This document shows positions 10,743-21,019 of a stretch of DNA of 58,012 bases, in pieces. A model generated the notes under the pieces. The model was given only the letters and a program-made list of their open reading frames with translations. It did no database searches and was not told the DNA's origin. Position 1 is the stretch's first letter. The number at the start of each line of letters is the position of its first letter. The stretch covers positions 1 to 58,012 of the forward strand of contig JALAGF010002103.1 of the NCBI GenBank assembly GCA_030167865.1, in the 5' to 3' direction. Made by a program: the position numbers and the translations under genes. The stretch is from Craspedostauros australis (lineage: Eukaryota).

Positions 10743-11498
10743 TCATTTCCGACCACTCTTTCGCTGCCTTTTCTTTTTCTTTCTGTCTGATTTTGAAGGA
10801 CTTTTGGCCGCTTCCGATGCGTTCGGCGTTGCTGGTTTACTCTTGGGAGTGATGGGCTTCACGGCGGATTTCTCTTGCTTGATCCTCTGCTCGTGCGCAG
10901 GTGTGCTCGGAGGACTCTCCTCCTGTTTGACACGTCGCTTGGCCGCCTGCGCCCCCAACGGCATCCAACGACGCTTCAACCCACTGCGCTGCGGCACGTG
11001 GGAGTACGCCTTGCGCACCTCCGATGGCTCAGCGATGGCCGGCGCCTGATCCAACCGTGGCGCCAGCTGCCGTTCCGTCATTTCCGGAATGCTCTGCACG
11101 ATGTTCCAGTGTTTGTCGAATCCGCGCTTCGTTGGTTGCAGCTTTTTCTTGTCGTCGTCGTCGTCGTCGCTGCTATCATCATCGTCACTGTCGTTCTCCT
11201 CTTTCGGTGCCGACACGAGCAACCGGAAATTTTCATTCTCGACCGCGTCGCCCAATTTGAGAGCGTACGTGATGCCATCCTGCTCAAATTCGACGCAACG
11301 ATCTCCCACTTCGCCGGTCTTGCCGATGGGGATGGCGACGTCTGACAGTTTGCGCAGATCCAGATCGATGGGCAAGCGCAACGTCCACAGCTCGTAGCGG
11401 TCGCTGCCGTCGCTGTATTCATGCGGCAGCTTGAAATCCGGAGGATCCAGCGTCAACGACGACGACGTGGCTTGCCCCGTTTGCGTTGTTCCGTTCAT
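10743..11498 (-). CDS. RNA polymerase I subunit RPA34/A34.5 (PAF49)-like
   Basis: ELWTLRLP.D.D motif, VPQRSGLKRRWMPLG motif and a Lys-rich C-terminal tail, as in the A34.5 family. Recognised by eye. Confidence 0.6.
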   Translation of the reverse strand: MNGTTQTGQATSSSLTLDPPDFKLPHEYSDGSDRYELWTLRLPIDLDLRKLSDVAIPIGKTGEVGDRCVEFEQDGITYALKLGDAVENENFRLLVSAPKEENDSDDDDSSDDDDDDKKKLQPTKRGFDKHWNIVQSIPEMTERQLAPRLDQAPAIAEPSEVRKAYSHVPQRSGLKRRWMPLGAQAAKRRVKQEESPPSTPAHEQRIKQEKSAVKPITPKSKPATPNASEAAKSPSKSDRKKKKRQRKSGRK

Positions 11499-11987
11499 TG
11501 TTGGTGTGGTTGTTGCTGATGGTATCGTTGTCGTCTGTATTGATGATGTTGATGATGTTGACGATAATCAGGGTTCCATCAATTCCATCAATTCCATCTG
11601 CCTCTTGTCCTCTTCTTGTCCGGACTCCTCTTGTCTCCCGACGGGATGATGTGCCATGGGCATCGATGAGCACAGCTTTGTGTGTGTTTTGATGGGTGTT
11701 GGCTCGACTTTTTGGTTGGTTCTGTTTGGCGGGACGTCTGTCCGTCGCTCCCATTCCCCATCAAGAAGAGGTTTCTGTTGCCACCAAAACCAAGCCAAAC
11801 CAGAACTGAACTGAGCCACAAGAAGAACTCATCATTTCCCACCAACCAACACAACATCGCGACAGAAGATCACCATCCAGCAGATGCATCCACACTCAGG
11901 ACACTATCAATACTGGTAGCACCGCCATACTAATACTGTAATAGAACATACAATACGTGATAGAATAGATCAGCTGAACAAGTCACG

Positions 11988-13904
11988 ATGCCATCCGACA
12001 AAGCCATGAAGGATCCGCCGAGCAGCGACAAGTCGAAAAAGAAGAAACGAAAGAAGAAGCGCAGATGGGGAGATGCCGCACCAGAGGCAGCTGCGGCAGC
12101 GCCTGCAGTGGATGCAGCTGCCGATGCCAGAGCCCGCGCACTTGCCTTGCAGGATTCCATCAAGGCCAAGCTGGCAGCGCTGAAAGGATCCAAGCAACCG
12201 GCTGCGGCCAACAAGAGAGCCAGCAGCGATGCCGCCTCGCAACCCAAGGCCAAGAAGGCCAGGGTCTTTGAGTTGGACATGTCCGTCACGGGGCCGACCT
12301 TTGAGCGCATGACCAAGACGGCAGGCGAGAAGGACGAGAAGGAGGACAAACCTGCGTCTGCGCCACCAAAGAAGAAGAAGGTCAATCCGTATCTTGCGCA
12401 CGTCGAAGCGGATGAGGCTGCTGCTGCTGCTGCCAATGATGGCTCCGCGCCCGATGGAGATGGCGACGCCGCCGTGGATCCGGACATCATCGATGATCGT
12501 CTCGTGCGATCCGGCAAGCAACGGCAGCGTGGCAAGGCGCTGTCGTTCGTGCAACCGGGAACTTTCGTGGAGATCGCCGAACGCAAACGTCAAAAGGCGG
12601 CCAACGCCGTCCAGTCCGGATTCGCCAGCGGTCGCAAGGTGGGGACGTACTACACGTCCGCCACCATGGCGGAGATCTACGGCGGTGGTGGTGGCACCGC
12701 CGGGAAAGACGTTGCGGAGGCCACGGTGGCGCCCGAACCGCCGGAATCGTCCGACAAGACGTCGATACCGAGCATCCTGGAGTGGTGGGATGTCGAGCTC
12801 CTGCCATCCAGGCTCAAGAAGAAGGTCGCCGCCTTCGAGGGCAAGGCCCTGTCCAAGCAGACGCAGTCGCAGATGACCCAGTTCGGCGACGACGTGGACG
12901 AATCCAAAGACAAGGCCATGGATAAGGAGGCCAAAAACCTGCAGGACGTCTGCTTCTCCGAGGCCGCCCTGTCTCACTGCAAGACGGCCGGCCTCGTCCA
13001 GCACATCGTCCCCATCAAGCCACCTCACGCCAAGGATGGACCCGAGGCACAGCCCACGCTCTACCTCACCAAGAAGGAGCGCAAGAGGCAGCGCAAGATG
13101 CGACGCGAGGAGAAGCAGCGCGAGCAGCAGGACATGCAGGCGGCCGGTCTCATCCCGGCCCCCGAACCGCGCCTCACGCTGCGCAACTTCATGAAGGTCC
13201 TCGGCGACCAGGCCTACCTCGATCCCAGCCAGATGGAGCAGAAGGTGCGCGAGCAGATCGAGGCCCGACAGCGCGCCCACGTCGAGCGCAACGACGCCAA
13301 CAAACTCACCAAGGACCAGAGGAAGCAGAAGCGGGCGCAGAAGCTCCTCGAGGATACCAAGGGCGAGGTCCACGTCGCCCTCTTCTACGTCAAGGACATG
13401 TCGCATCCCTACCACCGTGCCAAGGTCGAGCTCAACGCTCAGCAGTACAACATCTCCGGCGGCGTCCTCGAATGCGAGAATCCCAAGATGGCGTGCGTCA
13501 TTTGCGAAGGTGGTCCCAAATCCATCAAGAAGTACCGTCGTCTGATGACCGTGCGCATGAAATGGTTGGGTTTGGAAGAGGATGAATCGGATGACGACGA
13601 CGACGAAGAAGAAGAAGACGAAGAAGCACAGCCACAGGATCCAGACGCCCCCGTGCGCCACAAATTCAACAAGGACAACAAATGCGAGCTCGTTTGGACG
13701 GGTCTGGCGGTGCGGCATCATTTCAAGGGATTCGTCTTTCAATCGTGCGATACGTCAGAACAGGCGCGCAAGATCTTGCAAGCCAAGGGCGTCGGTCACA
13801 TGTGGGATCAGGTCCTGGCGTGCGCTAGCGGCACAGGCGATGGCTTGCAGCTCAAGCTCGGCGTCAGCGATAACGAAGGTGACGACGACATGGACGTAGA
13901 ATAA
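11988..13904 (+). CDS. PRP3: U4/U6 snRNP protein Prp3
   Basis: LEWWD, LVQHIVPI, LYLTKKERKRQRK, GLIPAPEPRLTLRNFMKVLG, HVERN..KLT, KVELNAQQ, CEGGPKSIKKYRRLM, NKCELVW. Confidence 0.96.
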   Translation: MPSDKAMKDPPSSDKSKKKKRKKKRRWGDAAPEAAAAAPAVDAAADARARALALQDSIKAKLAALKGSKQPAAANKRASSDAASQPKAKKARVFELDMSVTGPTFERMTKTAGEKDEKEDKPASAPPKKKKVNPYLAHVEADEAAAAAANDGSAPDGDGDAAVDPDIIDDRLVRSGKQRQRGKALSFVQPGTFVEIAERKRQKAANAVQSGFASGRKVGTYYTSATMAEIYGGGGGTAGKDVAEATVAPEPPESSDKTSIPSILEWWDVELLPSRLKKKVAAFEGKALSKQTQSQMTQFGDDVDESKDKAMDKEAKNLQDVCFSEAALSHCKTAGLVQHIVPIKPPHAKDGPEAQPTLYLTKKERKRQRKMRREEKQREQQDMQAAGLIPAPEPRLTLRNFMKVLGDQAYLDPSQMEQKVREQIEARQRAHVERNDANKLTKDQRKQKRAQKLLEDTKGEVHVALFYVKDMSHPYHRAKVELNAQQYNISGGVLECENPKMACVICEGGPKSIKKYRRLMTVRMKWLGLEEDESDDDDDEEEEDEEAQPQDPDAPVRHKFNKDNKCELVWTGLAVRHHFKGFVFQSCDTSEQARKILQAKGVGHMWDQVLACASGTGDGLQLKLGVSDNEGDDDMDVE

Positions 13905-14131
13905 ACGGATAGGCAGAGCAATGCAAGGCAACGCGATGCAACGCAATGTGGTGTTTACTAGACGAGCCGACATCGTATTGTAAAGTACTCGGCCATTGCG
14001 ATTGCGTTGCAAGCACGTGTACTCTGCAGAGCGCATACGGGTGTCATGTGGTCTTCGAAATATTCTGTTGGCATAGCTAATGTTCTACAGTTGTTTTACT
14101 ACATACCGTGCTTTAGCAACATGGATGCCCA

Positions 14132-17100
14132 TTATTCGGATGCAACCGATTCCGCAATTAACAGCGGCACGTCAGGTGGAATTTCCTTTGCGGCATCGTT
14201 CGGTGTCTCATCATCGTCGTCATCTGTCGTCGACGCTTCCATGCTGCTCGATTTGCGGATGGGCGTCGCAGGTGGATCGACGCGCACCCTCTGCAGCTTG
14301 GCCTTGAGCTTGCGTCCCTGATTGCCGAACCATCGCATGGAGATGACCATATGCAGGCACACAAGCACGATGACGATCTGGAGGATCTGCATCATGGAGA
14401 TGGCTGTATTGCCCAGTTCGAACATGTTCATGCGCTCGTCGACGACATCCACGATCGATGTCAACGCTGGCAGGTATTGCTGGGAGAGGTGCTGCTGCAG
14501 TGTGGCGGCCGTATCGTCAGCTGCGAGAGTGGACATGATGGACCGCGATGCCCGCAGTCCTTTTTCCATGATGGTGGAGGAGACGTAGTACGCCGTCGTT
14601 ACCACCATCTTGCCGTGCGACAGCACCATCGGGCCGTGCTGCTTGGCCGACGCCATAATGCTGTCCAAGAAGGATCGTTCGAACCGTTCCTCCAATCTGC
14701 GGATGCGATCCTCCTGTTCGGTCTTCAAGGATGACAGCTCGGACATTGCCTCGAGCAGCACCTGTCGGTAGCATCCGGCGGAGATCTTCTGGAACTGCTC
14801 CTGCACCTGAAGGTTGGTCTGGAGGCTGAAGATCTCATCCGTGAGCTTCTTGAAGGTTGGTTCCATGGGATTGCCGGGCCCTGCCGAGCCACCGGTTGAC
14901 GAGGACGATTTCTTCCCTGCCAACACTGCAGCCTTGAACTTTTGGTAGTCCAATTCGAGGAGGCAGGCAGCTGTTGGAAGGCTTTCGGACAGAACGCCGA
15001 GCATCTTGTCATCCACGGCGCCAGGCTCCACCTTGATCATGTTATTTTGCTTCTCGTCCTTCTTCACGATCTTTGGTTGTTCCGCTGGTTGCGCTGGCTT
15101 GCTATCCGCGGACACGGTTGTCTCGGGCTTTGCTTCCTTCACGGCTTCCAATTTGGTTGAGTCGGGAGATGTTCGACGATGCTGTAGTGATGATGGTGAT
15201 GAAGTGTCACTACCATCACTGGAAGAAGAAGACGAGGGTGATGATGATGATGCAGTGGAGACTGTTTCTGCATTCTGTGCGATGTCCTCCGCCACGTCCA
15301 GTTTTTCTGCAACGATGGGTTCTACCACGACCTCTTCGACGGCCTCCGCGTGCGTGATGGACGAAGCGATCTTTTGGAGTTTGGGAACCTGAATCGGTTT
15401 GGAGGCATCTACCGACCAGAGGTTCTTCGCGACGCTTGCCACATCGGTCGCGATGCGCGACGTGAGGTATATGGATTCAAAGGCGGCATTGCCGATTTGC
15501 TGCAAGGTGAAGGCGTCGCTTTGATTCTTGCGACCGGGCGATTGCCTGGATTCCGACGACAACGTGCTCATGGTTTCTGGAATGAGGTCGTACATCGATG
15601 CAAACAGATCTTCATCGCTACCGGCTTCCAGGATGCTCTCCATCGTGGTTCTCTCCGGTTCGGGTTGGTGCTGCGTGTTGAAGATGAGGTTCGGCAGTTG
15701 ATTTTGCAAGTTGGTGTTCCAAGCAGTCATGTCCGAGCCTGTAAAGTGGATGGTGCCTTCACTTTCGACGGTTGCCGAAATGAGCGCCTCATTTGTGTGT
15801 ATTGGAAGCACGCGATCATCATCTCCTGCGGCTCCACTGTTGCCGCGCTTCTCCGCATTGCGATTGCTATCGATACCGTTGATATTTGTGCTATCGCCGA
15901 TGCTGCTGCTGCTGTGATTGGTGTCATCGTGTCCCTGGTCTGCATTCTCTGCAGTGTTTTGAGCATCGACGGATGGATCTGTTTCTGAATCAGCCGTCGT
16001 GGTGGAACCCATCGTATTCGCGGACGCATCGACGATGTTCATATGAGTGGACGCGGCGTCATCACCCTCCACAGTGTCCAGAGATGCATTGTCCTGTGTA
16101 TGTTGCTGCGTCGCCATACCAATCAACTCGACATCGTGTTGTTCGTCTTCCGCATCGCCATCCTCCGGCCAACTCTCGTAGACACCCTGCAGGATGGTGC
16201 TGCCGTGCACCTTGATCTGGCTGATGGTGCAGTAATGTTCGCTGCCATAATGCGTGATGAATCGGAATTGCAAGTATCGCGCCCACGTGGGATTCTCGAC
16301 GTCAAAGCTCTGTTCGCCGTTGGCCGATTTGGCCGTGAAGTTGCCGAGCTGCCTCCAGTTCTCCATCCTCTGGCTGCCCACGACTTGAAATTCCTTGATG
16401 CGGGACGAGAAACGTTCGTAGTTTGAGATTGTGATCATCTTGACGAGGATATCCTCCGACAAGGCGACGACGATGAACTTGTTCTCGACGTCGCAGGGCG
16501 TGATGGCGTACTTGTCCTTGTCGCCGTGCAGCAGGTTGGATGTGCCCTGGAAGTTCTTGGACTTTTCCAAGACGAGGGCGCCGGCCGATTTGCTGGCGTA
16601 GTCGACCGAGAAGCGATTGAATCCGTCCGCTCGCGTTGCTGCCTCGTCCCCCGTGTCTGGATGGTCCGATGCCTGTTGCTGCGATGGAAGTTCCGAAGCA
16701 GCAGCATCCGTTGCTGCGTTGTGCTCAGAATCATCCTGGTTGACATGAACATTGAGTGTTGCGGGATCTTTAACATTGTCCTCTGCAACAATCGCCGCAT
16801 CATCATCAGGCTGCGTCGTACCAGTATCATCGTCCGCCTCAGTTCGTGCATCGTCGTCACTTGGGCTCGGCTTGTGGTTGTGCTTATGGTTGTGATGTTG
16901 TTTATCGGCCTCATTCTCATCGGTCGCCCCTTCTGCCTCAGCGTGTTTCGGATTGTTCATGTCATCCTCATCCTCATGATCGTCATTGGGATTGGCTTGA
17001 TCAACTTGAGAGGCTGTTGCTGCGGCATCCACCGAATCGTTGTTGTCTGCGTGCGCATCAGCAGCAGCGCGGTCATCCGAGTCTTGCTGTCCAGCTTCCA

Positions 17101-17404
17101 CGTTGTCATCTTGGCCACGCATATGATCCCCAGCCCGATGAGGCAGATCCTCTGATAAGGAATGCTGCTGCTGCATCTTGTGCAATGGCTTCAAGGCGAC
17201 GTCATCCGCATGCATGGAGCTCGCGGCGTCGATGCTGTGATCAGTCTCGTCTCCGTGGTCGAGCTGCAAGTGACCTGCAACGTCCGTGGCAGCATCGATG
17301 GTAGAGAGCGCGTCGACCGGTGGGATGGGATTGTTCTCCGCCAGCAATGGCAGCGCCGTCGCCAGAAGTATGGCGAGTCGTCGTCCTCCTTTCATGACGG
17401 TCAT
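14132..17404 (-). CDS. Mid-SUN domain membrane protein (SLP1/SUCO-like)
   Basis: Signal peptide; SUN domain DYASKSAGA..NLLHGDKDKYAITPC..LSEDILV..NYERFSS..HYGSEHYCTISQIKVHG; then a coiled coil and a C-terminal TM helix. Start at ATG 17404 or 17395. Confidence 0.9.
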   Translation of the reverse strand: MTVMKGGRRLAILLATALPLLAENNPIPPVDALSTIDAATDVAGHLQLDHGDETDHSIDAASSMHADDVALKPLHKMQQQHSLSEDLPHRAGDHMRGQDDNVEAGQQDSDDRAAADAHADNNDSVDAAATASQVDQANPNDDHEDEDDMNNPKHAEAEGATDENEADKQHHNHKHNHKPSPSDDDARTEADDDTGTTQPDDDAAIVAEDNVKDPATLNVHVNQDDSEHNAATDAAASELPSQQQASDHPDTGDEAATRADGFNRFSVDYASKSAGALVLEKSKNFQGTSNLLHGDKDKYAITPCDVENKFIVVALSEDILVKMITISNYERFSSRIKEFQVVGSQRMENWRQLGNFTAKSANGEQSFDVENPTWARYLQFRFITHYGSEHYCTISQIKVHGSTILQGVYESWPEDGDAEDEQHDVELIGMATQQHTQDNASLDTVEGDDAASTHMNIVDASANTMGSTTTADSETDPSVDAQNTAENADQGHDDTNHSSSSIGDSTNINGIDSNRNAEKRGNSGAAGDDDRVLPIHTNEALISATVESEGTIHFTGSDMTAWNTNLQNQLPNLIFNTQHQPEPERTTMESILEAGSDEDLFASMYDLIPETMSTLSSESRQSPGRKNQSDAFTLQQIGNAAFESIYLTSRIATDVASVAKNLWSVDASKPIQVPKLQKIASSITHAEAVEEVVVEPIVAEKLDVAEDIAQNAETVSTASSSSPSSSSSSDGSDTSSPSSLQHRRTSPDSTKLEAVKEAKPETTVSADSKPAQPAEQPKIVKKDEKQNNMIKVEPGAVDDKMLGVLSESLPTAACLLELDYQKFKAAVLAGKKSSSSTGGSAGPGNPMEPTFKKLTDEIFSLQTNLQVQEQFQKISAGCYRQVLLEAMSELSSLKTEQEDRIRRLEERFERSFLDSIMASAKQHGPMVLSHGKMVVTTAYYVSSTIMEKGLRASRSIMSTLAADDTAATLQQHLSQQYLPALTSIVDVVDERMNMFELGNTAISMMQILQIVIVLVCLHMVISMRWFGNQGRKLKAKLQRVRVDPPATPIRKSSSMEASTTDDDDDETPNDAAKEIPPDVPLLIAESVASE

Positions 17405-18460
17405 CTTGTGTTGTGTGGAGAGTACTGCGTTACCCAATCGATGAAGGGCAGGGCAGTACTACTGATAGTATAATACTTCCGGTGCGGTGGCGATGTGCTT
17501 TCCACCAGTTCGTGGTCTTGTGGGCTTGTTCTCGAATGCAATCCAATACAATGCACCTGTGGTCTTGTGTTTGCAATTGCAACCGAAGTTGTGTTTGAGC
17601 TTCGTCTTCTCCTGCGACCTTGCCACTTTCAATGTCAGCGTGAGTATGAGTATGAGTATGAACGTGGACGCGGGTGGATGCGTGGGAATGTATGGAGATG
17701 GGCTGGCCTGTCTGTTTTGCACTCTCCTTGCCGTCAACTCGAATTCGCGAGTTGTCACCACAATCTTCCCCAAGAGGCTCTTCTTCCTTCTTTTGATGCC
17801 TCTTCTCCCCTTCTCGTTTGTTGATGTCAGCGTCCCAGGAGGTTGTTGGTAGTCGTTCGTCGTTCGTATTGGTGACGTCTTCCCGTCGCGTTGCTGTCAT
17901 CGGTGCTGTTCGTGGTTGCCGTTTCAACTCCTGCCTCGTGGCCACGAGAACTTGTGCGCTTTGTCGTGTTCAATTGTGTTCCCCAAACACCCCGAACGTG
18001 CGTGGGCACAAAACTCCTTGCGTTTTCAATGGAGAGGACTGGTGCGACTCCCATCTGTTTCTGGCCACGTGGCAGACGGACAATAGTCCGAAACCGCGAT
18101 GTGACGTCTTTTGCTCACCTCTCGCCAAACGAATGCGTTAATCGGATGAGTCCAACTCCACCGAACGCTTTTGGTCACATCTTTGGCGGGACACAGAATG
18201 TCGTTCTTGTCCACAAGGAAGACAAACAAGATCGTGGTCTCATCCGTCGGGAACAAGGAACAGGGGAGCATGGCAAGAAAGGAAGAGTGAAGAGAGAGAC
18301 TGATGATGGAGAGCTCATCTGTATCTGTATCTGTATCCGCATCCGTATCCACACTTGCATGCACCATCGCTCCATTCCATTCCACTGAATCCAGTCGGAC
18401 TTCAATTGACAGACAACGACGAGAAGGCACATTCAGCAGGCGTCTCCGTGATCTTCCACG

Positions 18461-19498
18461 ATGCCGTTCAAAAGCAAACAGATGACTCGACCGACGATGG
18501 TCGTCTCGTGGGGTCTCTTGCTCAGCTGCTGTTGCTTCTGCTGTTTCCTCTCTTCTTCCGTTGAAGGGTTCGCCGCACCGTTGCAACCACTCAAGCCATT
18601 GGCGGCAGCATCAGCATCAGCATCAGCAACCTCAACGGCAGTCACAAGGACAGGCTCTCCGTCCTTCTTGCCATCGCTGCAATCTTGTCCCACCATCTCC
18701 AATGACAACATTCACAACCCACGACAAACGTCGATGCAATTGAAGGCATCCGCCAACGGTGACGGAAATGATGACAACACGACGAATGTCCCGATCGCAG
18801 CAGGACTCGCCGCCGCCGCATTCCTCTACTGGTACCTCCTGATCTTCGGTGCGGCCGCCGCCGTCTCGGGATGGCCCGTGCCCGACTTCATCCCGACGAC
18901 GACTCCGGGATGGCCTGTCACGGACGAAGATCTGGCACCCATCTTGGAAGATTCCAAGCACTTCTTCTATCTCTCCGACTTGCTGTCGGCCACGCCGTTG
19001 ACATCCAACGCGCCGCGGTTGGCGGCCTTCAACTTCGTGGAATCGTGGATCTTCGCCTTGCTGCCGATCTTGTGGTGCGACGCCAAACGCTTGGCGCGGC
19101 CCGTGCTGCTGGGCACGTGGTTGATCTTGAGCATCAATCTGACCAACGCCTTCTTGCTGCCGTACTTGTGCGCGACGGAATGGGAGACGCCCAAGGAAGG
19201 ATGCGGCAAGAATGCCGTCGTGTCCGCAGGATTTGGCGGCATAGCGACGGCTGTCGTGGCCTACGCCGTCCTTTCGTGCGTCACAACGGCAACGGCGCAA
19301 GAGTGGTCCGAATTGGGGCGGTTGGTGCAGACGGATCGCACCTTTCTGGCCTTCGCGGTGGATACCGTCGTGTTGTCGGTATTGCAGCCGTTCGTGTTGC
19401 GGCGCGTGCGAGGAGAAGAGCAACCCGTCACGGATTTCATCCCCTTCGTTGGCACCATCTCGTGGTTGTTCGAAAGTGAGACTGTGGAGCAGCAATAG
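18461..19498 (+). CDS. Uncharacterised multi-pass membrane protein with bipartite plastid presequence
   Basis: Hydrophobic signal ending VEG-FAAP, S/T-rich transit-like stretch, about 5-6 hydrophobic helices, coding-like GC3 bias. The true start may be 18482 or 18497. Confidence 0.75.
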   Translation: MPFKSKQMTRPTMVVSWGLLLSCCCFCCFLSSSVEGFAAPLQPLKPLAAASASASATSTAVTRTGSPSFLPSLQSCPTISNDNIHNPRQTSMQLKASANGDGNDDNTTNVPIAAGLAAAAFLYWYLLIFGAAAAVSGWPVPDFIPTTTPGWPVTDEDLAPILEDSKHFFYLSDLLSATPLTSNAPRLAAFNFVESWIFALLPILWCDAKRLARPVLLGTWLILSINLTNAFLLPYLCATEWETPKEGCGKNAVVSAGFGGIATAVVAYAVLSCVTTATAQEWSELGRLVQTDRTFLAFAVDTVVLSVLQPFVLRRVRGEEQPVTDFIPFVGTISWLFESETVEQQ

Positions 19499-19846
19499 TC
19501 TACTTGCGGGAGGGAATGGACAGAGCATGGACGGCCGGGATATTTATCAGTGATTGCTCTGTTTTCATGCTATTATGAAAGACTTTTACAAGTACACCAA
19601 GACTTCACTTGTTTTGACATGTGCCGAGTGAAGTTGAGTTGCCTTCTCTTCCCTTTTACTTTGGCTTGTTGTGTGCACGGAATCTCGATTGTTCTGTTTA
19701 ATTGCTCACTTCGGCTGTCTCATAGATCCTGGTATGAATACATCTTGACACCTTCGCTTGGAGTTCACTTGGGCCTCACCTGGACTTCACAATTGGTGCT
19801 CATTCTTGTTCTAATCAGCTTCTGCACTCACGCAATTTGTTCCTGT

Positions 19847-20503
19847 TCAAGGCAGCTTGCTGATGTCCCGCAGCATCCGATGCGGCTTTTTGGGATTGAG
19901 CCACACGGCCCTGGTCTTGTGCGTCAACGCCGCCCGGATATTGGCCGCGTCATCATCAATGAGCAGAGTGGTCTCCCTCGTTATCAGCACATTCTGACGC
20001 GTCTCGATCTCCTCCACGGCGCTGGCGATATGCGCCTGCTTTCCCGCCGTGGATCCTTTGCCATTGTACTGCCACGAGCGGTCGTTGCCGCGAATCGGAA
20101 CCTGCTGCGCCAGATCCATGCCCAGGAGGGTATCGAGCACGCCACGTACCAACCGAATCTGCGGCGTGAAGGTGACGATGGCCACTTGAATGTCGTTGGC
20201 CAATGCGGCGGGGATGAGCTGTCGGAACTCGGGGCGCACGTGCGGCAGCAGTGCTTCGAGCGAGTCCTGCCAACGGCCGCCCGTGTGCACGCTCAGGATG
20301 GTATGGTCGAAGTCGATGGCCAGCAAGTTGACTCCGATTTCTTTGAGTCTCAGGATGGCGGCATCCACCGGGCTTGTCTCTTGAGGCGTCTGTTGCAACG
20401 ATGGTGGCTGCGAGTCCTGCTCTGCCTGTTGCTGCGACTGCGGTGTTGTGCTGGTGGTTGTCGACATTTCGTTCGGTGCGAGGCACGACAATGCTGCTCC
20501 CAT
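19847..20503 (-). CDS. HAD-superfamily hydrolase with putative N-acylation motif
   Basis: Motif I LAIDFDHT, motif II AIVTFT, motif III GK, motif IV LLIDDD; N-terminus MGAALSC. Confidence 0.85.
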   Translation of the reverse strand: MGAALSCLAPNEMSTTTSTTPQSQQQAEQDSQPPSLQQTPQETSPVDAAILRLKEIGVNLLAIDFDHTILSVHTGGRWQDSLEALLPHVRPEFRQLIPAALANDIQVAIVTFTPQIRLVRGVLDTLLGMDLAQQVPIRGNDRSWQYNGKGSTAGKQAHIASAVEEIETRQNVLITRETTLLIDDDAANIRAALTHKTRAVWLNPKKPHRMLRDISKLP

Positions 20504-21019
20504 TCAAAAGACCGTTTTTCTTCTCTTTCTTCTTCTTCTTGCTGCGCTGTTCGTGGTCTCTGGACAGCAGTGGAGTGCTTGTGGTTGTGCTTGTGGTCGT
20601 ACGAGCCACGCGTGACAATGCCGCTTCGCCTCCTTACTTGCGGGCAGGTTGTGGGCAACTTGCGTGGTGGGAGAAGAGACGCCTGCGTCCAAGACGCCTC
20701 CGTCATTGTGGTTGTTGAACCATCGAGCGCAACTTCTGCTTCTATGTTTTTGGCGCGTGTTCTTGGTTGTGACGCGAAATGAAGAATGACTACATGGACT
20801 CAAACCGCCATGATCATAGGCACATTGACTTGACGGACTGCTTGAAGCATGAATCAAAGAGAACACAATTGAAGCAAATTCGCGAAAGACACACGAACAG
20901 CGCGGAAGAAACGACGGATCTCATTCCGACCATCTCCGTTGTGACCCACCCAGCCGCATCTGCCTTCTTCCACTTCCACACGCATTTGAATCTGTATCTG
21001 TATCTGTGCCTGCATCTGA

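Noticed and set aside
11970..13742. 590-aa ORF antisense to PRP3
   Set aside because: Shadow ORF caused by GC3-rich codon usage on the sense strand; no motifs.
19550..20782. 410-aa ORF antisense to the HAD gene
   Set aside because: Overlaps a motif-supported gene and its UTRs; composition looks non-coding.
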